DNA of 64,000 nt from Mobula hypostoma (Eukaryota), in contig NC_086097.1 of NCBI RefSeq assembly GCF_963921235.1, forward strand, positions 213,034,001 through 213,098,000, given 5' to 3'. The position numbers were made by a program, and so were the translations under genes. The notes under the pieces are model-generated. The model saw nothing but the letters and a program-made list of their open reading frames with translations. It was not told the DNA's origin and made no database searches. This document shows, piece by piece, positions 14,333 to 23,361 of this stretch; position 1 is the first letter of the stretch, and each line of letters starts with the position of its first letter.

Positions 14333-14777
14333 CAAACAACAGGAATTTTGCAGATGCTGGAAATTCAAGCAACACACATCAAAGTTGCTGGTGAACGCAG
14401 CAGGCCAGGCAGCATCTCTAGGAGGGGGTACAGTCGACGTTTCAGGCCGAGACCCTTCGTCAGGACTAACTGAAGGAAGAGTTAGTAAGAGATTTGAAAG
14501 TGGGAGGGGGAGGGGGAGATCCAAAATGATAGGAGAAGACAGGAGGGGGAGAGATGGAGCCAAGAGCTGGAAAGGTGATTGGCAAAGGGGATATGAGAGG
14601 ATCATGGGACAGGAGGTCCGGGGAGAAAGTCAAGGGGGGGGGGAACCCAGAGGAGGGAAAGGGTTATAGTCAGAGGGACAGAGGGAGAAACAGGAGAGTG
14701 AGAGAAAGAATGTGTGTATAGAAATAAATAACGGATGGGGTATGAGAGGGAGGTGGGGCATTAGCGGAAGTTAGAGA
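14333..14777 (-). mobile_element. 5'-truncated Penelope-like element (ORF end plus terminal repeat) with 13-bp TSD
   Basis: TSD AGATATGGAAAGG at 14320-14332 and 14778-14790; starts with the ...FSNFR* ORF end and 3' region homologous to the PLE at 25670-27508. Confidence 0.85.
14431..14468 (-). ncRNA. Minimal type I hammerhead ribozyme
   Basis: 5'-UAGUC CUGACGA AGG-GUCUCGG-CCU GAAA C GUC^GACUG-3': intact CUGANGA and GAAA core, stem I UAGUC/GACUG, stem II AGG/CCU, vestigial palindromic stem III (ACGU). Confidence 0.75.
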
Positions 14778-15819
14778 AGATATGGAAAGGATTGTTTCCC
14801 ATGGTGAGGGAGTGTAGGACAAGAGGGCACAGTCTCAGGATAGAGGGGATTCCATTTAAAGCAGAGATGTAGAGAAATTTCTTTAGCCAGAGAGTGGTGA
14901 ATTTGTGGGATTTGTTACCACAGGCAGCTGTGGAGGCCAGGTCATTGGGTGTACTTAAGGCAGAACTTGATATGTTCTTGATCATACACGACATCAAAGG
15001 TTATGGGGAGAAGGCCGAAGAATGGGGTTGAGGAGGGGAGAAAAGGATCAGCCATGATTGAATGGCGGAGCAGACTTGATGGGCCAAATGGCCTATTTCT
15101 GCTCCAATGTCTTATGTCTATGACAAGAAGGTGGAGGGGAGGTTAAAGAGAGGTGTTAGCATATTTCTGCCATGATAGTTTAGGGAATAACTATTGTGTA
15201 TTTATCATTTAAGTAATCTTTAAGTCATCTTGTGTATGTATTGTTTGAGTAAGCATTTTTGTTCAATTAAAAAATTCATTATATGTATAAATACAAGAAT
15301 TGCATATGTCTTCACATGACCACATAATACAGCTGCGCCTCGCTTAATGTAAACACGAAGTTAGAATCGTATTCCTGGACTCCCATGTTTTTCTTTGAAT
15401 TACTTTAATGTTTTGAAGTTACAAGACATAACAGTGGCAATGAGGCATTTTTAAAACAAACCTGAGATGGCTACCGAACTGTGGAAGCAAAGCGAAGTAA
15501 AAAAAATTACAGCAAGGAACAGCGAGTGAAAACACACATGGGAAGACAATAACGAGTCTTTGAAAAGTCATAAAACGGAAGAACTCACAGGTTCATAAAG
15601 AGTGAGTACTGCGTAATAATCATTTTAAGAACTCAGAAATGGCTAGCTGCATCAGAAAGATTGACAAGTTTTTTTACACAATGGACAATTGGCTCTTGTG
15701 TACTGAGATAATTCAACAGTATTTTGAACCAAATGAAATAGCCAATTTTGCTGAGTGCATTGGTTTTAAAGACATACAGCTTGCTTTGACGTTCAACTGC
15801 TCCAACCAAACCATCAGAA

Positions 15820-16326
15820 AAGATGGAGTCTTGTGGGCAGGTTTGGGCTCCTTATCTTAGTAAAAATGTGCTGAAACTGGAGAGACTACAAAGGAAGTTA
15901 ATGTAAAATGATTCCATGATTGAATGGCTTGTCATATGAAGACCATTTGATGGCTCTGGGCCTGTATTCACTAGAATTCAGAACAATGAGGTATCACCTC
16001 ATTGAATCCTAGGATTCTAAGACCAGAGAACAGCCACAGATTAGAGCGGCATCCTTTTAGGACGGAGATGAGGATAAGTTTCTTCAGCCAGAGAGTGGTG
16101 AATCTGTGGAATTATTTGCCACAAGCAGCTGTGGAGGCCAAGTCTTTAAGCATGTTTAACGCAGAGGTTAACAGATTCTTGATTGGTCAGGCATGAAGGG
16201 ATACGGGGAGAGGGCTGAAGATTGGGGCTGAGAGGAAAATTGGATCAGTCATGATGAAATTGCGGAGCAGACTCGATGGGCCAAATGGCCTGATTCTGCT
16301 CCTATATCTTATGATCTTAAGGTCTT
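15820..16326 (+). mobile_element. CR1 3' fragment nested in the old Gypsy
   Basis: PFRTEMRISFFSQRVVNLWN; (TCTTATGA)-type tail near 16305-16326. Confidence 0.8.
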
Positions 16327-16739
16327 GAAAGTGAAATACGACAACAAACAAGCTACATTGAGCTTGTATGGAATAAAAACAGGAGCATCCTCATTGTGGG
16401 GATTTGATTGGCTGAGACAACTGCAACCTAATTGGAGCTCCATCCACCATTTGTATGCCACATTTCCTACAGTAGAGTCAGCTGGAATGAATTAAGAAAT
16501 GTTTTGGATGATGCCACAAATGTCGCCATGCTGTACATCATGAAATGTTGCCCAACAGAGGACAACCTCTGTGACCCTGGCTGGAAAGCATATTGGACCA
16601 AGGAAGGACCATGCTGCTCAGAGGAATCATGAAAGTGGCGAATATGTATATATGTATATGTATATATGTTGTAACTCGGTTACCTGTCTGGACACACCCC
16701 TCTGCTGACTGCCCCTGTGGCTCCTCCCACAGAGTCCTG

Positions 16740-16820
16740 TATAAAGGTGTTCGCCTTGCCCCTCCCCCTCAGTCCGGGGGCAGACACTCACTGTGGAGGT
16801 CGTATTGTACAGCGAATAAA
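16740..16820 (+). promoter_or_regulatory. LTR TATA box, initiator-like motif and poly(A) signal
   Basis: TATAAA at 16740-16745; TCAGT with its A at 16771, 31 nt after the first T; AATAAA at 16815-16820. Confidence 0.55.
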
Positions 16821-16876
16821 AGCCTTTCAGTATTTTACCAAACCTCAATCTTTTGGAGTAATTGAAGGTGCTTCAA

Positions 16877-16892
16877 TTTTATTCGCTGTACA
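16877..16892 (+). promoter_or_regulatory. Non-tRNA primer-binding-site region complementary to the element's own LTR
   Basis: TTTTATTCGCTGTACA starts 1 nt after the LTR end and is the exact reverse complement of 16806-16821; no TGG start. Confidence 0.8.
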
Positions 16893-16901
16893 TTTTAAAA
16901 C

Positions 16902-18233
16902 ATGGAACAGTCCCTGAGACCAGGAAAATTAGACCTCAATCCGCAAACACCTGAAGCTGGAAACGCTTTCGAACTCTGGCTGGCCTGCTTCAAAGCGTAT
17001 CTAGAGGAGATTAAAGCGACCGACCCCGTAGTGAAGCGCAGAGTTCTACTCTCCAGGGTCAGTCCATGGGTCTATTCGCTGATCAGAGACCAGCTGAACT
17101 ACGATGGCGCAATGAACGCACTCAAAAGACAATACCTGCGGCCGATAAACAGCATCTATGCTCGGCATCGCTTAGCGACATGGCAACAACGCCCCAGGGA
17201 ATCGAGTGCTGAGTTCGTCCAGGCCCTACGGACGCTCGTGCGAGGCTGCAATTGCCAGGAGCTGACGGTGGCGCAGCATGCAGAACTCCTAGTGAGGGAC
17301 GCCTTCGTCACGGGGACCAGGTCAGTGTACGTGCGCCAGCGGCTGCTGGAAAAAGCCGATCTTACCCTAAGTTCGTTGATGGAGCTGGCTGATACGTTGG
17401 AGACCGCTCTGCATAACTCTGAGGCTCTCCAGGCGCGCGATCCCCCGATGGCCTCGTGGGTGCCGCAGACCCCGCAACCTGCCGGCGAATCGACCTCGGC
17501 TGCCGCCAGTCGTGAGTCCGCGAAGTGCTACTTCTGCGGACTGGAGAAGCACCCCCGGAAACGCTGCCCGGCCCGACAAGCTACCTGTTCCAGCTGCGGA
17601 AAGAAGGGCCACTTCGCCAAGGTCTGTAAGTCAAAACCGCGAGCAGGATCGAGCAGCGCCGCGTGCGAGATGTGGGGGTCGCCATCTTCCCTGCACACTG
17701 CCACCACGTGCGAGACATGGGGGCTGCCATCTTCCCTGCCGCCATCTTCCCTGCACACTGCCAACACGTGCGAGACATGGGGGCGGCCATCTTGGTCGGC
17801 GCCACCTCCCACTGCCTACGACCAACGGGTGCTCACGGGGCACCCCACCACGCCGGACCAAGACAGCGATCCCACCCTGGCTTCCGTGACCCTCGACCAA
17901 AGCGCTCCCCACCAGCTCGCAAGGTCAATGATGGACATCCTGGTGGAGGGGCACAGGACAAGCTGCCTGTTTGACACAGACAGCACGGAGAGTTTTATCC
18001 ACCCAGCCACGGTGCAGCATTGTGGACTCATGATACGGCCGGTAAGTCAGAGGGTCACCATGGCCTCCGGGTCGCATACAACAGACATCCGGGGGGGGTT
18101 GTGTAGCGACGCTAGTGGTGCAGGGCACAGAATACCGGGACTTTACATTACTTGTCTTGCCTCAACTGTGTGCCCCTGTGCTGATGGGGTTAGACTTCCA
18201 GAGCCACCTGAAAAGCGTGACAATGAAGTATGA
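16902..18233 (+). CDS. gag: Gypsy Gag plus protease N-half (true frame shifts at ~18098)
   Basis: Two zinc knuckles (CYFCGLEKHPRKRC, CSSCGKKGHFAKVC); protease motif LFDTDS (DTG altered). Confidence 0.9.
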   Translation: MEQSLRPGKLDLNPQTPEAGNAFELWLACFKAYLEEIKATDPVVKRRVLLSRVSPWVYSLIRDQLNYDGAMNALKRQYLRPINSIYARHRLATWQQRPRESSAEFVQALRTLVRGCNCQELTVAQHAELLVRDAFVTGTRSVYVRQRLLEKADLTLSSLMELADTLETALHNSEALQARDPPMASWVPQTPQPAGESTSAAASRESAKCYFCGLEKHPRKRCPARQATCSSCGKKGHFAKVCKSKPRAGSSSAACEMWGSPSSLHTATTCETWGLPSSLPPSSLHTANTCETWGRPSWSAPPPTAYDQRVLTGHPTTPDQDSDPTLASVTLDQSAPHQLARSMMDILVEGHRTSCLFDTDSTESFIHPATVQHCGLMIRPVSQRVTMASGSHTTDIRGGLCSDASGAGHRIPGLYITCLASTVCPCADGVRLPEPPEKRDNEV

Positions 18234-20838
18234 TGGGCCCCTCCCACCAATTACTGTCATAAATCCCCTGTTTTGTAGAGATATGTCACGTACCCCGCTA
18301 CTGACCACACACACACACCGACCCGCACATCCCACACAACATCATGCCAACTGCCACACTACCGACACCACTTGCGGCCTCTCCACCCTCAGGATCCCTC
18401 CCCCACCGCTGTTTGCCAACCTGACCCCCAACTGTAAACCTGTGACAACTGAAAGAAGGAGGTACAGTGCGGGGGACAGAGCTTTCATTAAGTCGGAGGT
18501 GCAGCGGCTGCTCAGGGAGGGGGTCATTGAGGCAAGCACAAGTCCTTGGAGGGCGCAGTTGGTGGTTGTTCGGAACGGGGAGAAGAATAGGATGGTCGTG
18601 GACTATAGCCAGGCCATCAATAGGTTCACGCAGCTCGACGCGTACCCTCTACCCCGCATCGCAGATATGGTCAATCAGATAGCACAGTACAAGGTGTACT
18701 CGACCATAGACCTAAAATCCGCTTACCATCAGCTCCCCATCCGCCGGGAGGACCGCCCTTACACCGCCTTCGAGGTGGACGTCAGGCTTTATCAATTCCT
18801 GCGTGTCCCCTTTGGTGTCACGAATGGTGTATCTGTCTTCCAGAGGGCAATGGACCAGATGGTGGACCAGTGCCAACTGAAGGCCAAGTTCCCATATCTG
18901 GATAACATCACCATCTGCGGTCACGACCAGCAGGATCACGACAACAACCTCCAAAAATTTCTCCAAGCGGCCAAATCTTTCAACCTCACCTATAACAAGG
19001 ACAAGTGTGTATTTGGGACCACCCGACTTGCGATCCTTGGCTGTGTCGTGGAGAATGGAGTCATTGGCCCTGACCCCGATCGTATGCGCCCCCTGTTGGA
19101 ACTCCCTCTTCCCAATACCCTCAGAGCCCTCAAAAGGTGTCTGGGCTTCTTTTCATATTACGCCCAATGGGTCTCTAACTATGTAGACAAGGCCCGCCCC
19201 CTGGTCAAGTCCACCACATTCCCCCTCTCTGCCGAGGCCCACACGGCCTTCAACCGCATAAAAGGGGACATTGCCAAAGCAGCAATGCATGCGGTGGATG
19301 AGGCCATTCCCTTCCAAGTAGAGAGTGACGCCTCAGACTTTGCGCTGGCTGCTACCCTCAACCAGGCAGGAAGATCAGTGGCGTTCTTCTCCCCTACCCT
19401 TCAAGGCCCTGAAATTCGGCACACTGCGGTAGAGAAAGAGGCCCAGGCCATAGTGGAAGATATAAGGCACTGGAGGCACTATCTTGCCGGCAAAAGGTTC
19501 ACCCTGCTAACTGACCAGCGCTCAGTCGCATTCATGTTTAATAATCAGCAGCGGAGCAAAATCAAAAATGATAAAATTCTGAGGTGGAGAATCGAACTCT
19601 CCACCTACAACTATGACATCATGTACAGGCCTGGGAAGCTCAACGAGCCCTCCGATGCCCTATCCCGGGGAACATGTGCCAGCGCGCAGATCGACCGGCT
19701 ATACGCCCTACATGTAGACCTTTGCCACCCGAGAGTCACCCAGCTTTTCCACTTCATGAAAGCCCGGAACCTGCCTTACTCCCTTGAGGAGATCAGGATG
19801 ATGACCAGGGACTGCCAAGTCTGCGCAGAGTGCAAACCGCACTTCTACCTACCTGAAAAGGCACCACTCATTAAGGCCACCCGCCCCTTTGAGCGACTGA
19901 GTGTTGACTTTAAGGGCCCCCTTCCCTCCAGCGACTGCAATGTGTACTTTCTTAACGTAATTGACGAGTACTCGCGGTTCCCCTTCGCCATCCCCTGCCC
20001 CGACACCACTACCACGTCAGTTATAAAAGCCCTGCGCAAGCTCTTCACTCTGTTCAGATACCCATGCTATATCCACAGTGATAGAGGGTCCACGTTTATG
20101 AGTGATGAGCTGCGCCAATATCTACTGGCTAGGGGAATTGCAACCAGTAGGACCATGAGATATAACCCCCGGGGGAATGGACAGGTAGAGAAGGAGAATG
20201 GCACAGTGTGGAAAGCCACACTCTTAGCCCTCAGGTCAAAGGGACTGCCGGTCTCCCGCTGGCAGGAGGTCCTTCCCGAGGCACTCCACTCCATCCGCTC
20301 CCTGTTATGCACGGCCACCAATGCCACCCCTCATGAGCGACTCTTTTCTTTTCCCAGAAAATCGACCACTGGAACCACCCTACCATCTTGGCTGACGTCC
20401 CCGGGGCTAGTGCTGCTCCGGAAACATGTGAGGAGCAATAAATACTCCCCGATAGTCGAGAGGGTTCACTTACTTCATGTGAGCCCCCAGTACGCCTACG
20501 TGGTTTTACCTGATAGGCGGGAGGACACGGTCTCCATCCGGGACCTGGCGCCCGCAGGAGCTCCGGGCCCCTACCCTGAACACTCCGTGGTGACTATTGA
20601 CCCCGTACCCACCGATGTATGTACCTACAAGACACCGTGCACCCCAAACCCTATACAGACACCACACGACACTCCCATACCGGGCACGACGCACACGCAC
20701 GAGGGATTACCGACGCCTAACGTGCTGGCACCTGAAGTCAGGCCGGAGCCAGCACAACCACCATCGCCGGTGCAATCACCGCCAGTGCTACGTAGATCAC
20801 AGCGACGGACTCGACCGTCTGATAGACTTAACCTGTAA
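18115..20838 (+). CDS. pol: Gypsy Pol: protease C-half, RT, RNase H, integrase
   Basis: 907 open codons: IDLKSAYHQ, VPFGV, YLDN, SDASD..EKEA..TDQ, HHCC zinc finger, D-D-E motifs (SVDF, SDRG, VEKEN); no chromodomain seen. Confidence 0.95.
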   Translation: MVQGTEYRDFTLLVLPQLCAPVLMGLDFQSHLKSVTMKYDGPLPPITVINPLFCRDMSRTPLLTTHTHRPAHPTQHHANCHTTDTTCGLSTLRIPPPPLFANLTPNCKPVTTERRRYSAGDRAFIKSEVQRLLREGVIEASTSPWRAQLVVVRNGEKNRMVVDYSQAINRFTQLDAYPLPRIADMVNQIAQYKVYSTIDLKSAYHQLPIRREDRPYTAFEVDVRLYQFLRVPFGVTNGVSVFQRAMDQMVDQCQLKAKFPYLDNITICGHDQQDHDNNLQKFLQAAKSFNLTYNKDKCVFGTTRLAILGCVVENGVIGPDPDRMRPLLELPLPNTLRALKRCLGFFSYYAQWVSNYVDKARPLVKSTTFPLSAEAHTAFNRIKGDIAKAAMHAVDEAIPFQVESDASDFALAATLNQAGRSVAFFSPTLQGPEIRHTAVEKEAQAIVEDIRHWRHYLAGKRFTLLTDQRSVAFMFNNQQRSKIKNDKILRWRIELSTYNYDIMYRPGKLNEPSDALSRGTCASAQIDRLYALHVDLCHPRVTQLFHFMKARNLPYSLEEIRMMTRDCQVCAECKPHFYLPEKAPLIKATRPFERLSVDFKGPLPSSDCNVYFLNVIDEYSRFPFAIPCPDTTTTSVIKALRKLFTLFRYPCYIHSDRGSTFMSDELRQYLLARGIATSRTMRYNPRGNGQVEKENGTVWKATLLALRSKGLPVSRWQEVLPEALHSIRSLLCTATNATPHERLFSFPRKSTTGTTLPSWLTSPGLVLLRKHVRSNKYSPIVERVHLLHVSPQYAYVVLPDRREDTVSIRDLAPAGAPGPYPEHSVVTIDPVPTDVCTYKTPCTPNPIQTPHDTPIPGTTHTHEGLPTPNVLAPEVRPEPAQPPSPVQSPPVLRRSQRRTRPSDRLNL

Positions 20839-21766
20839 ATATACTTCTTGTAAATATTGTCAGTCACTTCACCCCGCGGGACTCTTTATAAAAAAAAGGA
20901 GGGGTGAATGTGGTAAACCATGTATATATGTTGTAACTGGGTTACCTGTCTGGACACACCCCTCTGCTGACTGCCCCTGTGGCTCCTCCCACAGAGTCCT
21001 GTATAAAGGTGTTCGCCTTGCCCCTCCCCCTCAGTCCGGGGGCAGACACTCACTGTGCAGGTCGTATTGTACAGCGAATAAAAGTATTTTACCAAACCTC
21101 AATCTTTTGGAGTAATTGAAGGTGCTTCACTGACTACAACAGTTTTTGTCAGCAATATAATCTAAGAAAGCTTCTGATATATTAATCAGCAGTTACTTGC
21201 AAAATATGACTTGGTTTTATCCTGAAAGAGAGTTAAAGGAACTTCAGTAAAGTTGCAACCATTCGGCTTTTGTGAGCATAAAGAACCAGAATCTACTTTA
21301 TGTGCATTAAGGTTATTGCATTAACTTCAAGTGGGAAACAAAAACCGTTTGCAAAGACCAAGGCCCAGCTGGATGAATGGAAGGCCAATAAGAAAGGAGT
21401 CACTGGAGAGACAAACACAAAGGATTCATCAGATAATGATCTGGATGAGGAAACCAAGAGGAGAGATCTGATCGTTAAAGGAGTGTTAAAAAGAGAATAC
21501 GCCAGTGAACCAAATGCACCTTCCCAAGATAAAGATTCACATCCAATGAAGGAGAAAAAGCTGTGATAAAGAAAGACGGGAAGTTGAAAAGGAGGTTAGA
21601 GATGGAGAGGAAGAATGTGAACAGAAAAGAGAAAAGTGTGAAAGAGAGAAGGAACATGAGAAAGAAAAAGAAAGGGATCCAAATAGATCCAGAAAGAAAA
21701 CAGGAGAAGAAAGGTGCCCAGTTCTGTCAAAATCATTTCCTGCAGTTCAGAGTCAACTCCCACCCG

Positions 21767-21888
21767 AGATTGTTTCACAGCCACGAGTCTCACCTGCCAA
21801 GCAGAGTGATCCCCCTTATCAGGAAAGATTGTTTCACAGCCACGAGTCTCACCTGCCAAGCAGAGTGATCCCCCTTGTCAGGAAAGAT
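21767..21888. repeat. 59-bp tandem duplication
   Basis: Two copies starting at 21767 and 21826, one mismatch, bounded by AGAT microhomology. Confidence 0.95.
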
Positions 21889-23361
21889 GTTAGCCCAAAA
21901 CAGCGATTAAATCTTTAGGCCTGAATGGAACAATTTCAAATTTACTATGCTGTGGATGTCTGCCTAGTAGCTGAATTTTATAGTTTACTAAGATGCATTC
22001 CATATTGAATTTGAGTTTATAGTTCGGCAGAGAGAACTGTTGTGTATTTAATATTACAGTAATATTTGGGTAATCTTATATATATAGTTTAAGCATTCCT
22101 GTTTGTTTAAATAATTCATTTGGGGTTATAAGTATAATTACATGAATTGCATATGTCTTTACACTACCACCTCACTTAAAGTACACACCAAGTTAGATGT
22201 GTATTCCGGGACTCCCGTGTCTCCCTTTGAATTAGTTTAATCTTTTGAAGTTACACAAGATAACAAAAGTCAATGAGGCTCTTAAGGGCTGCTTGATTTT
22301 CCTCTGACTGTGTTTAGTACTTCCCACAATTCTTCCATGAACGTGAAATCTCCAGATAATTGAAGGATGCCTTGGTGAGTTCAATGATTTTGCAGAAACC
22401 AGTGGCTTTCAGAAGTAGTGCATTAGTAGATGAGCTACTCAGGAGAAAGCGCAGAGGCACATTGATAGGACAAAAAGCTGGGAGAGAGGTGGAAGAGGAG
22501 TGGCAGCATATTTCAGCTTCAGTTGTTTAGGGAATAATGTCCTTACTTGAAACTCAAAAGGAACTTTGTGTCAGATATTTGTATTCAGCAAAGTCACCCT
22601 CTCTACAATTCACTGCTTGCTCTCGGTGAAACTGTCACCTCAAAGCAAGGCACAAACAGATTTTTAATGCTGCTTCAGATGACTGGTAAGTGCCTGGTCT
22701 TTTCATGTTGGAGGTGGAGATTTTACAGTCTTACAGATTGCCACTTACTATTCTGAAAGAGAGTTTATTGTGGCTGTCCACTCAACACAGATCAGAAGGC
22801 AGAGAGAGACACACAGAAAAGTACATGGATTGACTGGAATATAAGGCTGCCCCATGAAAGCAATGACAGTATATTCATGCATTTATTTAAAGAGCAGTGC
22901 TGACATACTATGCCTGCAATGGAACCATGGTTCCACTCCTACTGGTAGGTTCGTTGGTTATCATTAATTATAACAAGTGCAGGAAGGTGATGGGAGGACC
23001 AGAGTGAAGTTAATGGGCATATGAAATTGGATACATCATAGGGAATCAAATGACAGCAATGAGAATGTTGGGATGGCATAAAGTGAATGGATGAATGCTC
23101 TCTTTCTATGTCATATGAAAATATTTGAAATGCAAGAATAAACGAATTTGGGTATGTTGCTTTTCCAGCTATTCATATCTGGTTTTCTATGACACTGTCC
23201 TACCTAGGCATTTTTCCTGGTACTAACAACTTAGTTGTTTGCAAATATTTGCATATAATTTTTTTTACTGCATTGAGAGCTAACATATGAAGATTGTGAA
23301 CTGAAGGGACTTCACAAGTTGTTATCCATAAATTGCAGTTTTGCCTCTGTCCTTGGGCAAT

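Larger units (their letters stand above)
11571..15120 (+). mobile_element. Degenerate CR1 LINE (ORF1 esterase tail plus ORF2)
   Basis: GFRFLDHWDLFWGRYDLYKRDGLHLN (ORF1 end), VAITESWL and IYRPPN (APE), FADDTKIGG (RT), TGTCTTATG tail at ~15108-15120. Confidence 0.9.
16643..21129 (+). mobile_element. Young, near-intact Ty3/Gypsy LTR retrotransposon
   Basis: LTRs ~16643-16875 and 20909-21129 (3' LTR TG...CA), differing by 2 substitutions and one 8-bp indel over the shared part; PPT AAAAAAAAGGAGGGG at 20890-20904; Gag-PR-RT-RH-IN order. Confidence 0.97.
16519..21695 (+). pseudogene. RBM25: Partial processed RBM25 retrocopy, split by the young Gypsy (16519-16642 and 21130-21695)
   Basis: Reads GKHIGPRKDH (16583-16612), then TTTVFVSNI/SKKASDILI/QLLAKYDLVLS*KRVKGTSVKLQPFGFCEHKEPESTLCALRLLH*LQVG, AKTKAQLDEWKA, LDEETKRRD, REYASEPNAPSQDKDSHP and an E/R/K-rich tract, colinear with RBM25 as I recall it. 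Stops and frameshifts present, no introns. Confidence 0.9.
15192..22265 (+). mobile_element. Old Mag-type Gypsy provirus with pol largely replaced by host cDNA
   Basis: Diverged LTRs 15192-15433 and 22038-22265; PBS TGGCAATGAGG at 15435 (decayed TGGCGACGAGG, tRNA-Ser type); gag remnant 15639-15820; post-protease segment 16327-16518 aligns to ~57680-57870 of the sister copy; purine tract before the 3' LTR. Confidence 0.8.

Noticed and set aside
18085..18115. Programmed ribosomal frameshift between gag and pol
   Set aside because: The shift falls mid-protease in a G homopolymer; a single-base insertion explains it more simply.
16519..21695. Functional RBM25 gene
   Set aside because: Partial, intronless, with stops, frameshifts and a 4.5-kb insertion.
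21300..21868. Novel env-like or accessory ORFs after the young Gypsy
   Set aside because: They lie outside its 3' LTR and are broken frames of the RBM25 retrocopy and old Gypsy sequence.
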